Part shown: piece after piece, positions 27,321 through 36,595 of the stretch
How positions within the stretch are numbered: the first letter of the stretch is position 1
Layout: every line of letters starts with the position of its first letter
Made by a program: the position numbers and the translations under genes
Source of the DNA: an uncultured euryarchaeote
GTDB taxonomy: Archaea; Thermoplasmatota; Poseidoniia; Poseidoniales; Poseidoniaceae
Reading direction: 5' to 3'
Assembly (NCBI GenBank): GCA_937899865.1
Contig: CALBRH010000060.1
Location: 1 to 64,000, forward strand
Length of the DNA: 64,000 nucleotides
Notes under the pieces: model-generated
Databases searched by the model: none
What the model was told of the DNA's origin: nothing
What the model saw: the letters and a program-made list of their open reading frames with translations, nothing else

Positions 27321-28334
27321 TCATGCTGATTTTGTTGTGGTAATGATTACTGCTGCAATCTTATATGGGTCTCCATTTGAAGCTGGTCGGCGATCTTCAA
27401 GTCTACCTTTCCAGCCGTCTTCAATGGTTCCAATTGGAATTCTAATTGATGCCCCTCTATCTGATACACCATAAGAAAATTCATCGATTGATTGAGTTTC
27501 ATGCTTTCCGGTTAATCTCATGTGATTATCTGCACCATAAACATCGATATGTTTCTTGATATTCTTGCCAAATGCTTCACAAATTTTAGTGAAAACTGCT
27601 TCGTCGCCAGATTCCCTCATTGCTGAGTTGGAAAAGTTTGCATGCATTCCGCTACCATTCCAATCTGTATCGCCTAGAGGTTTTGGATGCCAATCAATGG
27701 TCAAGCCATATTTCTCAGCATTTCTTTCTGCTAAATATCTTGACACCCATATTTGGTCTCCTGCATCCTTTGCGCCCTTGGCAAATATTTGGTATTCCCA
27801 CTGACCAGCTGCTACTTCTGCATTGATTCCTTCTACATTCAAACCGGCTTCAAGGCACTGGTTTAGATGGTCTTCGATTATCTCTCTACCAAAAGCATTC
27901 ATGCCCCCAACAGAGCAGTAAAATTGTCCTTGAGGTGTTTGATCTCTTGGGAAGCCAAGCGGTAGGTTTGTATCTGGATCCCATAGGAAATATTCTTGCT
28001 CAAAACCAAACCAAAAATCATCATCATCTTCATCGATAGTTGCTCTTCCATTTGATTCGTGAGGCGTTCCATCTGCATTCAATACTTCACACATTACCAA
28101 ATATCCATTGATTCGGTCTGGGTCTGGGTAAATTGCTACTGGCTTCAATAGGCAATCTGAATCGCCTCCATCTGCTTGTAGTGTGGAGGAACCGTCAAAT
28201 GACCACATAGGGCACTCTGCAACTGTGCCGCCAAAATCGCTACGAATCATGGTTTTGCTACGCATGCTTTGGGTTGGTTTGTATCCGTCTAGCCATATAT
28301 ACTCTAACTTCGCTTTATCTGTCATAGTTATCAT
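27321..28334 (-). CDS. glnII: Glutamine synthetase type II
   Basis: KLEYIWLDG..RSKT, WSFDGSST, WFGFEQEY, GINAEVAAGQWEYQIF, DWNGSGMHANFS, RGASIRIP, LEDRRPASNGDPY; 337 aa. Confidence 0.9.
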   Translation of the reverse strand: MITMTDKAKLEYIWLDGYKPTQSMRSKTMIRSDFGGTVAECPMWSFDGSSTLQADGGDSDCLLKPVAIYPDPDRINGYLVMCEVLNADGTPHESNGRATIDEDDDDFWFGFEQEYFLWDPDTNLPLGFPRDQTPQGQFYCSVGGMNAFGREIIEDHLNQCLEAGLNVEGINAEVAAGQWEYQIFAKGAKDAGDQIWVSRYLAERNAEKYGLTIDWHPKPLGDTDWNGSGMHANFSNSAMRESGDEAVFTKICEAFGKNIKKHIDVYGADNHMRLTGKHETQSIDEFSYGVSDRGASIRIPIGTIEDGWKGRLEDRRPASNGDPYKIAAVIITTTKSA

Positions 28335-28587
28335 TCGCGTCGGAATGAGGACGGTATATTAAACATACGCACAATAATAAATCAAAAAATTGTGTAAATG
28401 ATGAGTTGTTTGGCAAAATTTTTACTCGATTGTTTATTTTAGTATTATTATTTTGTTAATTATTGGGCAATTGCGCGGTATTTTGTTAAGAATTGAACAC
28501 TTGAATAAATCGTTAATCTTTGGACATAGTTCTAGTTTGTTTGGCGCCGGGGGCAATATCTATGCTCTCTCTACCATTGGTAAAGAC

Positions 28588-28803
28588 ATGGATGAAGATG
28601 TAATGAGTATTGAGAACACGCTGCAGATGAGACAATTCATGCAGTTGTGGATGATGAGTGGGGGTATGGTCCTTGCCACTGTCAAAGGCATACTTGATGA
28701 TGGGCGTCAAATCGAGATTCCAGACATGCCTGGTCGTGATTTTAAAGCTGAAATAATTGAACTAAGCGCATCTTTTAATGAAATTGTTTCGAGGTTAAAG
28801 TAA
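28588..28803 (+). CDS. Hypothetical protein
   Basis: ATG 28588 is in frame with the track ORF (28453); the stop overlaps the next ATG (TAATG). Confidence 0.55.
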   Translation: MDEDVMSIENTLQMRQFMQLWMMSGGMVLATVKGILDDGRQIEIPDMPGRDFKAEIIELSASFNEIVSRLK

Positions 28804-29363
28804 TGGAAGTTCCTACTGGAAACCACATCAGAAGATGGCGTAAATCGCTTGATATAACTCAAACAAAGTTATCTGAAATGAGTGGTGTGGCTCAATCAAT
28901 AATTGCCAAAATCGAAAATGAATCCGTTGACCCGCGTGTATCAACATTAAGAAAATTGACTGAGGCCTTATCGAGATTTGAAAACCCTGAATTATTGCAT
29001 ACCGTTAAAGATATCATGACTACTGATGTTGCGGCATTAAAATTCGAAGATACTATTCAGGTTGCAATCGATAGGATGGTTAAGGATGGGATCAGTCAAT
29101 TACCTGTATTATCAGAAGAAGGTGGGATTTTAGGCATAGTATCAGAAGATAGTATCTTACAAAAAGGCGCTCATAGAAATGGTGTAGTGGGACAGGTGAT
29201 GCATACTAGTCCAGCGATTGTTGACATCCGACTTTCTGTTGCTGAAGCGAGAAGGAGATTGACTGAGGTTGATGCTTTACTGGTGATTGAAGGTGATTTA
29301 TTGGTTGGTTTAGTTAGCAGAATGGACCTGGTTAAAGCGCTTAGGTTGAACAGCATTGCATAA
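28803..29363 (+). CDS. XRE-type HTH plus CBS-pair transcriptional regulator
   Basis: IRRWRKSLDITQTKLSEMSGVAQSIIAKIENESVDPRVSTL; CBS motifs VKDIMT..SQLPV, GLVSRMD. Confidence 0.9.
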   Translation: MEVPTGNHIRRWRKSLDITQTKLSEMSGVAQSIIAKIENESVDPRVSTLRKLTEALSRFENPELLHTVKDIMTTDVAALKFEDTIQVAIDRMVKDGISQLPVLSEEGGILGIVSEDSILQKGAHRNGVVGQVMHTSPAIVDIRLSVAEARRRLTEVDALLVIEGDLLVGLVSRMDLVKALRLNSIA

Positions 29364-31169
29364 TTATTGATTATTAGCAGCATCTTCCCCTTGTGGAGTT
29401 ATCAATGTATTACTGCCGTCTCGATAAATTACTGGCATCTCAACGTCAGAAACGCTTGGGATTACATGCATAGAACACGCTGGCGTACATGCTGGAGGAA
29501 GGTAGTCTTCTCCAGACTCGGACATTACAAATGTGATGCCGTGATTTGCTGGCAATAAAGCATCAATGCCTTGGAACTCCATCAGCATGGTAATTGTTTG
29601 ACCGGGGATTACTGTTTGGGCTTCATACCCCCCAGCATGGTAACGCACGTCCATTGTTGCGTGTCCGATTCTGATTCCTGTTTCTGAATCTTGCATTTCA
29701 ATAAATACTTGGCCGCCATCAAAGGATGGAACTGCAGATAGGTGGAATGTTGCGAGTCCAGAAATATGTGTGTCATTCTCAGTTGACATTGGTGGACAAG
29801 TTACTGTTACAGTGGAGTCTCCTCCAAGAACTAGGCCTCCGGTACCAGTGAAGGTACCTGAAAAATCACATTCTGACATGTCAAGTGGAACTCGTTCTGC
29901 ATCGAGTGGGGGCCATGTTTCTTCAATACGCCATTCTCCGTCATTTCTTTGAATTTGAGCGTGGAGTGCTGGTTTTGGCCCAACTCCTTTGAGATAATAT
30001 TCCATCCATTCAAACAAATCTTGGCCCCAATCCCAGCGAGTCATATTATGGATCGCTTCACCACCATACCCAGAATCTTGGTTGTTATGTTTTGTCCATT
30101 GATCTGGATAATTGTGCTCCCATTGACCAAGCATCCCTGCTACATCATAACCTGCATCGATGTATGCTTGATACCAGATTGTTCCATGCGGCCCACCAAA
30201 CACTTGATGTGGGTCTACGTTCCAATCTTGCATTCCTTGAACCCAATATATGCTGCCGTTATATTTGCCGAGAGCTTTGTCAATATGACTTCGCTCGTCG
30301 TAATAATTTGCCATATAGGGGTCTAATTCACCAAGACCATACCTTGTTGGGCCTGCAAGGAATCCTTCTACAACATCTGAACACATATTATCTAAATCAT
30401 CATCATCATAATCTAGAATGCTGCTTCCGTAATTGGAATGCATAATTTGGGACCTTGCCTCTGCACTACCATTCTTGTAAAGTAATGGTCCTAATGCAGT
30501 AGTGCCCGAGATTGGTACTATTGTCTTTAGGTGTTCACTGCCTAAAGCTGCGGCTTCCCAAGCAGTTGCTCCCTCGTATGATTTACCATAAATAGCAACA
30601 TTACCGTTACTCCAATTTTGATCGCCCAACCATTCAACTGCAGAATGTATACCAAGGCCTTCGCCATCTCCCCGATAGTCAAAACAGCCTGTACTTTCTT
30701 CAGTAGCAAAAACTGCGACTTGGGCTAATGCATAACCATGTGGAACAAAATTGTCGTAAATGAATTCGCCTCGGCCTGCAGCTACGATGTTTGTTGGATT
30801 AGATTCGTCTCCGGGTTGACCGTATGAGAAATAAGGGCTGACGACTGCTATTACTGGTACTTTTTCACCAACTTCTGTATTGGATGGTAGCCAGTAAGAA
30901 AGGTGTACATCTGCACTATTTGGTCCCCCGCCCCAAATTCCAGTAGTATCGACCGTTATTGTCGCTTCTTGAACTCCGAGCGCTTCATGAGGTCCTGGTT
31001 CAAGCACCATTGCATACGAACCGGTCCAATTCCACTCTAATTCATATCTTTCATATATGTCTGGATAAAATGAGTTGTCATCGCTTGAAATAACGGAATC
31101 GTTGGATGAAAAACAACCTGATAGAGGTAGCGTCAAACACATCATTGCCAGCAATATCGCCTGACGCAT
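29364..31169 (-). CDS. CocE/NonD (S15 X-Pro dipeptidyl-peptidase-like) hydrolase, lipoprotein
   Basis: Lipobox LSGC; WSNGNVAIYGKSYEG nucleophile motif; GMQDWNV; GQWEH. Confidence 0.85.
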   Translation of the reverse strand: MRQAILLAMMCLTLPLSGCFSSNDSVISSDDNSFYPDIYERYELEWNWTGSYAMVLEPGPHEALGVQEATITVDTTGIWGGGPNSADVHLSYWLPSNTEVGEKVPVIAVVSPYFSYGQPGDESNPTNIVAAGRGEFIYDNFVPHGYALAQVAVFATEESTGCFDYRGDGEGLGIHSAVEWLGDQNWSNGNVAIYGKSYEGATAWEAAALGSEHLKTIVPISGTTALGPLLYKNGSAEARSQIMHSNYGSSILDYDDDDLDNMCSDVVEGFLAGPTRYGLGELDPYMANYYDERSHIDKALGKYNGSIYWVQGMQDWNVDPHQVFGGPHGTIWYQAYIDAGYDVAGMLGQWEHNYPDQWTKHNNQDSGYGGEAIHNMTRWDWGQDLFEWMEYYLKGVGPKPALHAQIQRNDGEWRIEETWPPLDAERVPLDMSECDFSGTFTGTGGLVLGGDSTVTVTCPPMSTENDTHISGLATFHLSAVPSFDGGQVFIEMQDSETGIRIGHATMDVRYHAGGYEAQTVIPGQTITMLMEFQGIDALLPANHGITFVMSESGEDYLPPACTPACSMHVIPSVSDVEMPVIYRDGSNTLITPQGEDAANNQ

Positions 31170-31257
31170 GTTGTGGGGGCTGTGTCATCTTCAATAAACT
31201 GATGCTTGGTGAATTTACTCCGTAAGTTATGAGTTGTAGCACCTTCTCGCGTTAACT

Positions 31258-32052
31258 ATGCAGCCGGGCGAGGTATGGGGGAACCGTTGGTCAAATGCAG
31301 TACTGCCAATGGCTCGGCGCTATATGGAAGTAGCAACTCAAAAACAAAGTCTAGTTTGCTTGGCTGCCGATAGAAACACTATGTCTGGTTTGATGGAATT
31401 GGTAAATGAGGTTGGACCATATATTGCTGCATTAAAGACACATGTAGATTTAGTCGATGATTGGTCTCCTGAGGCTTGGGAAGGTTTCTGTGAAGCCGCA
31501 AAACAACATAATTTGTTAATATTTGAAGATAGAAAATTTGCCGATATTGGTAAAATTACTAAGAATCAGATGAGTGGAATATATGATATTCGCTCATGGT
31601 CAGATATTGTCACAGCACATTTGATTTCTGGCCCTGATATTGTTGATGGTTTACAATCCGCTTGGCAGGATGTAAACAGAGAAGGTGGGGTTTTATTGCT
31701 TGCTCAAATGTCAAGTCGTGGGAATTTATTGACTGAAGAATACTGTGGAAAGGTTGTTGAAAAAGGCATTCAAAGCGACGGTGTATTGGGATTCATTGGA
31801 AATGGTTCAAGGCCTGATGAATTGAAAGAATTGCGCCTGCGCGTGGGTGAGCAAAAGATGATTTGGACACCTGGAGTAAACATTGCTGTGGGAGATGGTG
31901 AAATGGGCCAACGCTATGGTAGCCCTTATGATGCGGTAATCGCTGGATCAGATTGTATTATTGTTGGTTCTGGAATTCATCGTAGTGAAAATCCATCAGA
32001 AGTTGCAAAACAATATGCACAATTATCCTGGCAAGCTTTACTTGATAGGTGA
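31258..32052 (+). CDS. pyrF: Orotidine-5'-phosphate decarboxylase
   Basis: CLAAD, ALKTHVD, IFEDRKFADIG, LLAQMSSRGN, TPGV, GQRY, IIVGSGI. Confidence 0.92.
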   Translation: MQPGEVWGNRWSNAVLPMARRYMEVATQKQSLVCLAADRNTMSGLMELVNEVGPYIAALKTHVDLVDDWSPEAWEGFCEAAKQHNLLIFEDRKFADIGKITKNQMSGIYDIRSWSDIVTAHLISGPDIVDGLQSAWQDVNREGGVLLLAQMSSRGNLLTEEYCGKVVEKGIQSDGVLGFIGNGSRPDELKELRLRVGEQKMIWTPGVNIAVGDGEMGQRYGSPYDAVIAGSDCIIVGSGIHRSENPSEVAKQYAQLSWQALLDR

Positions 32053-32056
32053 TTTG

Positions 32057-32296
32057 ATGTTTGAATTGTTTTTGTGGTTTATTGCCTTTGTCTGTCTTGC
32101 CTTGCCAAGTTGGCTATTGTATAATTCTTGGAATAAAAGCAGATTGTTAAACGAGCGACTTGCTCAATGTGATGATAATTTACTAACAGATTCTGGTGTA
32201 AAGGTAAGTCAAATTATCTCGGCACCAATGGGCACAACAGTTACTGAAAATGCCAAACTCGTAATGGCTCCTTCGAACTCAAATGAGATTGGTTGA
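32057..32296 (+). CDS. Small hypothetical single-pass membrane protein
   Basis: ATG 32057 follows AGGTGA; N-terminal hydrophobic helix; 3' end overlaps the convergent gene by 18 nt. Confidence 0.45.
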   Translation: MFELFLWFIAFVCLALPSWLLYNSWNKSRLLNERLAQCDDNLLTDSGVKVSQIISAPMGTTVTENAKLVMAPSNSNEIG

Positions 32297-32974
32297 ATAC
32301 GCATAGTAGCCTGCAGCTGCAGCCCCTAGTAAAATTATTACAAGCAATAATTTGCCTTTTTTCTTCTTTTTTGGTGAAGTTTCATTCGCTATAGGGAGTT
32401 GAACTTCTAATGGAGGTGATTCGCCCACTGGTGGAAGTGCCCCTCCTTCCATTCCTGGTAAATCTGGAAGTGGCATTCCTGGTAAGGCTGGTAATGGCAT
32501 TGGGCCATCATCTTCCTCTGGTTTGATTCGGTCAATTGGATACAGTTCATCTAAATCTTCCAGCCCGGGCGCCTCGGGGATTTTACCAAGTATCGTATCC
32601 CATTGTTCATCTAAAACGGATTTTGTAATCGGCTTTTGTAACCATGCAACGGCTCCAGCAGAGAATTTCGCATCTGCTGCCACGGTAGCAAGTCGTCTTG
32701 GGGCTACGAAAACAATTCTTGCATCGCCGCCATGTTCACGCATTTCAAGTGCGGTTAGATGACCATCTAAAGATGGTATATCGAGTGAAATAATTACTAA
32801 CTCTGGATCGAGTCTAATATATTCGTCAACTGCTTTATCTCCATCTTGGCAAATTTCGATATTGAAATCTTTAATTTTGAAGATAGAAGAAAGTCGCTGA
32901 ATGGACATAGCGTTTGATTCTACAATAAGGACGGTTGGGGAATCCTCATCCGAATTATTTGAGACGTAAGCCAT
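32279..32974 (-). CDS. Pseudo-receiver (CheY-like) domain, Pro-rich linker and C-terminal membrane anchor
   Basis: VLIVES..DGDKAV..LVIISLDIPSLDG..AGAVAWLQKP fold pattern with Ser at the phospho-Asp position; KKKKKGKLLLVIILLGAAAAGYYAY tail. Confidence 0.75.
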   Translation of the reverse strand: MAYVSNNSDEDSPTVLIVESNAMSIQRLSSIFKIKDFNIEICQDGDKAVDEYIRLDPELVIISLDIPSLDGHLTALEMREHGGDARIVFVAPRRLATVAADAKFSAGAVAWLQKPITKSVLDEQWDTILGKIPEAPGLEDLDELYPIDRIKPEEDDGPMPLPALPGMPLPDLPGMEGGALPPVGESPPLEVQLPIANETSPKKKKKGKLLLVIILLGAAAAGYYAYSTNLI

Positions 32975-33029
32975 GTCAATCTGTCCTTCCGAAATATAAC
33001 TAACAAATCAATCAACCGGATGATTTACC

Positions 33030-33404
33030 CTATTCCTCTTCATTATTGGTGGAAAGGTCTTCCACCGGTCCGTCTCTTGGATTGGCAAATGTCTCGCGGA
33101 TTGTTTCTGATTGGGCTTGGTCGTCGTCTGATTGGCGTTTTAATGTCGGGGCACGGGTAAATTGTAATTGTAATTCACTGATGACGCTGCGTAATAATTG
33201 GGTTTCTTTATCGGTTAGATTGCCTTTGGTTTTATTCTGGAGCATGGATAAGAGATCTATTGCTTCTTTAGCTTCAGCCATGTCAAAATATTTGTTACCA
33301 TTTTGATCTGGAATATAGCCCATGTGCAATAGTGCACTTCGCTGGAACATGTGCACTAATTGGAATAATCTGGTTGTGTCTTCATCAGAAAAAATCTCTG
33401 TCAT
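33030..33404 (-). CDS. DUF1844-like protein
   Basis: ALLHMG..DMAEAKEAIDLLSMLQNKTKGNLTDKETQLLRSVISELQLQF. Confidence 0.75.
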   Translation of the reverse strand: MTEIFSDEDTTRLFQLVHMFQRSALLHMGYIPDQNGNKYFDMAEAKEAIDLLSMLQNKTKGNLTDKETQLLRSVISELQLQFTRAPTLKRQSDDDQAQSETIRETFANPRDGPVEDLSTNNEEE

Positions 33405-33486
33405 TGATTTACCGTGGGGATTAATATTTTTTTATCTGTCGAATTATATTTGCAATACTCTTTTTAAAAAAATATAAGTATCTACA

Positions 33487-36400
33487 ATGTTTAATAGTTA
33501 TATGAGCGTTAATAAAACGGGAATAAAAGCAATTTTTTTAATCATGATAATGATAACAATGAGTACAGGACAATCAATATCCAATGATAGCAATTTTGAA
33601 GAAAATGACAGAGAAGAAATCAGTAAAATAGATATTTCATATCTAAATTATTTGAACGAGGAGCCTAATCTAGATTATGCTTTATCTCAAACTAGAAATT
33701 TCGCAGTTTTAAGAATTGATTTCCCTGATGAGTCTGCATCGAGAAATCGGGCTGATACAATCGCTCTTTTTGATGAAGTCGAGTCATTCTTTGACGAGGC
33801 CACTTATGGTGGTGCAAATCTGAATTTTGACATTCTACCTGCCGATGGGGTGCCATTAAGACCAGTTAATAGAATCAACGCAGATGGTACTGGAGACACA
33901 ACTCCTACCAAGGCATCTTATGGCAATTTTAGAGGTTGTACTGGTAATGACGACGTCATGTCAGACAGTATTATTGCTGCATTGATTGACGGTATCGACC
34001 TCTCTAGATACGATGGTCTCGTTCTGGTACATTCAGGCTCAAATAACGGATGTAGCAGCGGCCCTAACGACTATTATGCGATTTCAAGCCTCGATGAAGC
34101 GCAAGAGGTTAGCTGGCATGGAGATGATGGAGATTTGGATGCACATTGGGGTGGATCATCGGCAGATAAGTCATTTACTTGGTTAGGTGAATATTACAGC
34201 TCAACGGAATCTTCCGTAGCCACATGGGGGAGGTGGGCGCACGAAATAGGTCATGCCGTGGGACTTCCTCACCTTGCATATGATTATGCACACTGCCATG
34301 ATGTTATGGGATCTTCTTGTGCTTATCCTGTAATGCCGAGTTCTTGGACGCGTGCTCTTGAATCTGACCCTGGGCTACAATCAATGGACCCGAGTACTGA
34401 CTTTACAATCGTTGGTACTGGGGCGAGTACATATTTAATTAAAGATATAAATGAAGACCCTAATTTGATTTCTGAAGATCAGGTATTAAAGATTCCAATC
34501 AGTGCTGATGAGTCACTATACTATCTTGTAGAGGTTCGATTTGATACTCTTCATGATGCCGATTTGCCAATACCGAGCGAAGGCGTACTTATCTACCGAG
34601 TTAACGAATGGGCTGGATATGATCCTGCTGAAGATCTTGTATGGGGTGATACAGCTCTAGCAGATGCTGTTTCGGTTATGGCCCCTCCCTCTACTACACA
34701 CCTAAAGTTTGCAGCTTGGGATGTCGGAGAAGTATTTGAGGATTCAAATTATGGTTTAGAAATTGAAGTTTTATCTATTGATCCTGTAGCCCATACTGCA
34801 GAAGTTAGTATTAATCATAATCCTACTGGAGCCTCTCCAGCAGACATTCACATTAGTGATTGGGGTCAACCACCTGGTGAACCGGGCCCATATGAGACCA
34901 TCGATATATGGATTGATAGTCGTTTAAATAATAATGATGTAGATGGGGATGGGGATGCTGATTGGGATGGTATGAATGGAACTACTTTTGCGCAGCAGTA
35001 TAAGTGGCATGTACCTGGTGATGATGAATTGCCTACTGGAAGAGGAGATATGCCGTGGGTTGATGAAATAAATCGATTTTATGTGAAAATATCAAATAAT
35101 GGTGAAACTACCTTAGGTAATGGAATGGTAAAGATATTGTTCCAATGGAAAAAGCCAACTGCTGGCGGAGATTTGGCTGATTCTTGGACTACTATTGGAA
35201 GAATTGTTTGTGGCGACGATGCAGCATCAATATCGCAGCAAACGGGCACTGGTATGTGTCTAGATTTTGGTGATTTCCCTGAGGATTCGAATGAAAATAA
35301 TGAATTAAAAAGCAACAAGCCGTTAGTTGCTTACATTGAGTGGACTCCGGAATCTAGTGACTTCCCAGATGACTCTGGCATTGATACGAGTACTAATCAA
35401 ACGCATAAAATTCATTCATGTATTAGGGTTGTTGTAGAACCTGTGGGAGACGAGCCTACTATATCTAACAACGACGCTCAAGAAAATCTGAATTATTTTG
35501 AAACTAGTCCTGGAAGTCCATACCATCCATTAATGGGAAGCTTTACCTTGGACAATCCATTTAATCAAGATGTGAAAGTAATCTTGCAAACCGATGGGTT
35601 GCCAAAAGGATGGGATAGCAATTTGTCGTGGGTTGGTGGAGATTTAGCCTCAGGAGATTCTGTATTTGTTGAATGGGAAATAAGTCCTTCAGATGGGTAC
35701 CCATTGGGAATGACTGAAAATGTTGATTTCTCTATGATTGTATTTATGGACGATAGAGGTTTCAATTATTCTGATCATGGTCACAGGTATAAAATCGGCG
35801 GAACTACAAATCAAATAAATACGGTCGAGAGGGTGCTAGTAGACACGGTTGTAACCTCGCAGACCCCTGGTGTTGTAACTGTTTTTGGCGATCTTACTCC
35901 TTATGGTTCTAGTGGCACAGATAGAACTTTTTATGAAAATGACCGGATTTCAATAATTCTAACCTCGCCCGACCAAACTAAATATGTTACAAGCACCTCT
36001 GTGAACATCAACAATGGTGAGTTTTACACAAATATCTCATTATCTGGGATGGCTGCTGAAGAAGTGGTATCTAGTGGAGGATTATGGAATGTGCAGGTTT
36101 ATTTCAGTGGAGATACATACTACAGAACTGCTTGGGGGACGGTTGAATCTATTCCTGTTCAGCCAATCATCAAAGAAATAGATATTGGAGATATAAATCT
36201 AGATACTGGAATTGGAACTGGTAACACTATAGGTTATGGGGATGAATATGTTTCTTCCGGCAGATTGCCAACATTAAGTTCGCCTGAAAGTTATCTAGAA
36301 ATTACTTACACTAGCCCCTCTGGACAAAGATGGATTACTGACGTAATGGTTGACAAGGAAGGTAACTATAATGATAAATTTACAATGGGGGAAAGTGGAA

Positions 36401-36576
36401 ATTGGAGAGTCGATTATAATTACGAAGATGCTGGAGGAAACTTGCAATCTTGGAATGAGTCAGTCACTGTAGAAAAAGAAAGTGATGAGGTTACTCCTTT
36501 TGTTGGTTTGATTGCATCTATAATTACTATGGCTTTCGCTGCCGTCATTATTAGCCGTAGAAAAAATGATTTGTAA
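33487..36576 (+). CDS. Secreted M6 (immune inhibitor A-like) zinc metalloprotease with a C-terminal sorting/TM anchor
   Basis: Signal peptide; VLRIDFPD; WAHEIGHAVGLPHL; DVMG Met-turn; YYLVEVR..EGVLIYRV; tail VTPFVG-TM-SRRK. Confidence 0.8.
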   Translation: MFNSYMSVNKTGIKAIFLIMIMITMSTGQSISNDSNFEENDREEISKIDISYLNYLNEEPNLDYALSQTRNFAVLRIDFPDESASRNRADTIALFDEVESFFDEATYGGANLNFDILPADGVPLRPVNRINADGTGDTTPTKASYGNFRGCTGNDDVMSDSIIAALIDGIDLSRYDGLVLVHSGSNNGCSSGPNDYYAISSLDEAQEVSWHGDDGDLDAHWGGSSADKSFTWLGEYYSSTESSVATWGRWAHEIGHAVGLPHLAYDYAHCHDVMGSSCAYPVMPSSWTRALESDPGLQSMDPSTDFTIVGTGASTYLIKDINEDPNLISEDQVLKIPISADESLYYLVEVRFDTLHDADLPIPSEGVLIYRVNEWAGYDPAEDLVWGDTALADAVSVMAPPSTTHLKFAAWDVGEVFEDSNYGLEIEVLSIDPVAHTAEVSINHNPTGASPADIHISDWGQPPGEPGPYETIDIWIDSRLNNNDVDGDGDADWDGMNGTTFAQQYKWHVPGDDELPTGRGDMPWVDEINRFYVKISNNGETTLGNGMVKILFQWKKPTAGGDLADSWTTIGRIVCGDDAASISQQTGTGMCLDFGDFPEDSNENNELKSNKPLVAYIEWTPESSDFPDDSGIDTSTNQTHKIHSCIRVVVEPVGDEPTISNNDAQENLNYFETSPGSPYHPLMGSFTLDNPFNQDVKVILQTDGLPKGWDSNLSWVGGDLASGDSVFVEWEISPSDGYPLGMTENVDFSMIVFMDDRGFNYSDHGHRYKIGGTTNQINTVERVLVDTVVTSQTPGVVTVFGDLTPYGSSGTDRTFYENDRISIILTSPDQTKYVTSTSVNINNGEFYTNISLSGMAAEEVVSSGGLWNVQVYFSGDTYYRTAWGTVESIPVQPIIKEIDIGDINLDTGIGTGNTIGYGDEYVSSGRLPTLSSPESYLEITYTSPSGQRWITDVMVDKEGNYNDKFTMGESGNWRVDYNYEDAGGNLQSWNESVTVEKESDEVTPFVGLIASIITMAFAAVIISRRKNDL

Positions 36577-36595
36577 TTTGAAATTGGTTAGAAAT

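Noticed and set aside
28335-28587. CACAAT/ATTGTG inverted repeat and two ATTTTGTTAA copies upstream of glnII
   Set aside because: Short AT-rich matches in an AT-rich spacer with no match to a nitrogen operator I can support.
32279-32974. PhoB-like response regulator for the P island
   Set aside because: It has no DNA-binding output domain, lacks the phospho-Asp, and is membrane-anchored.
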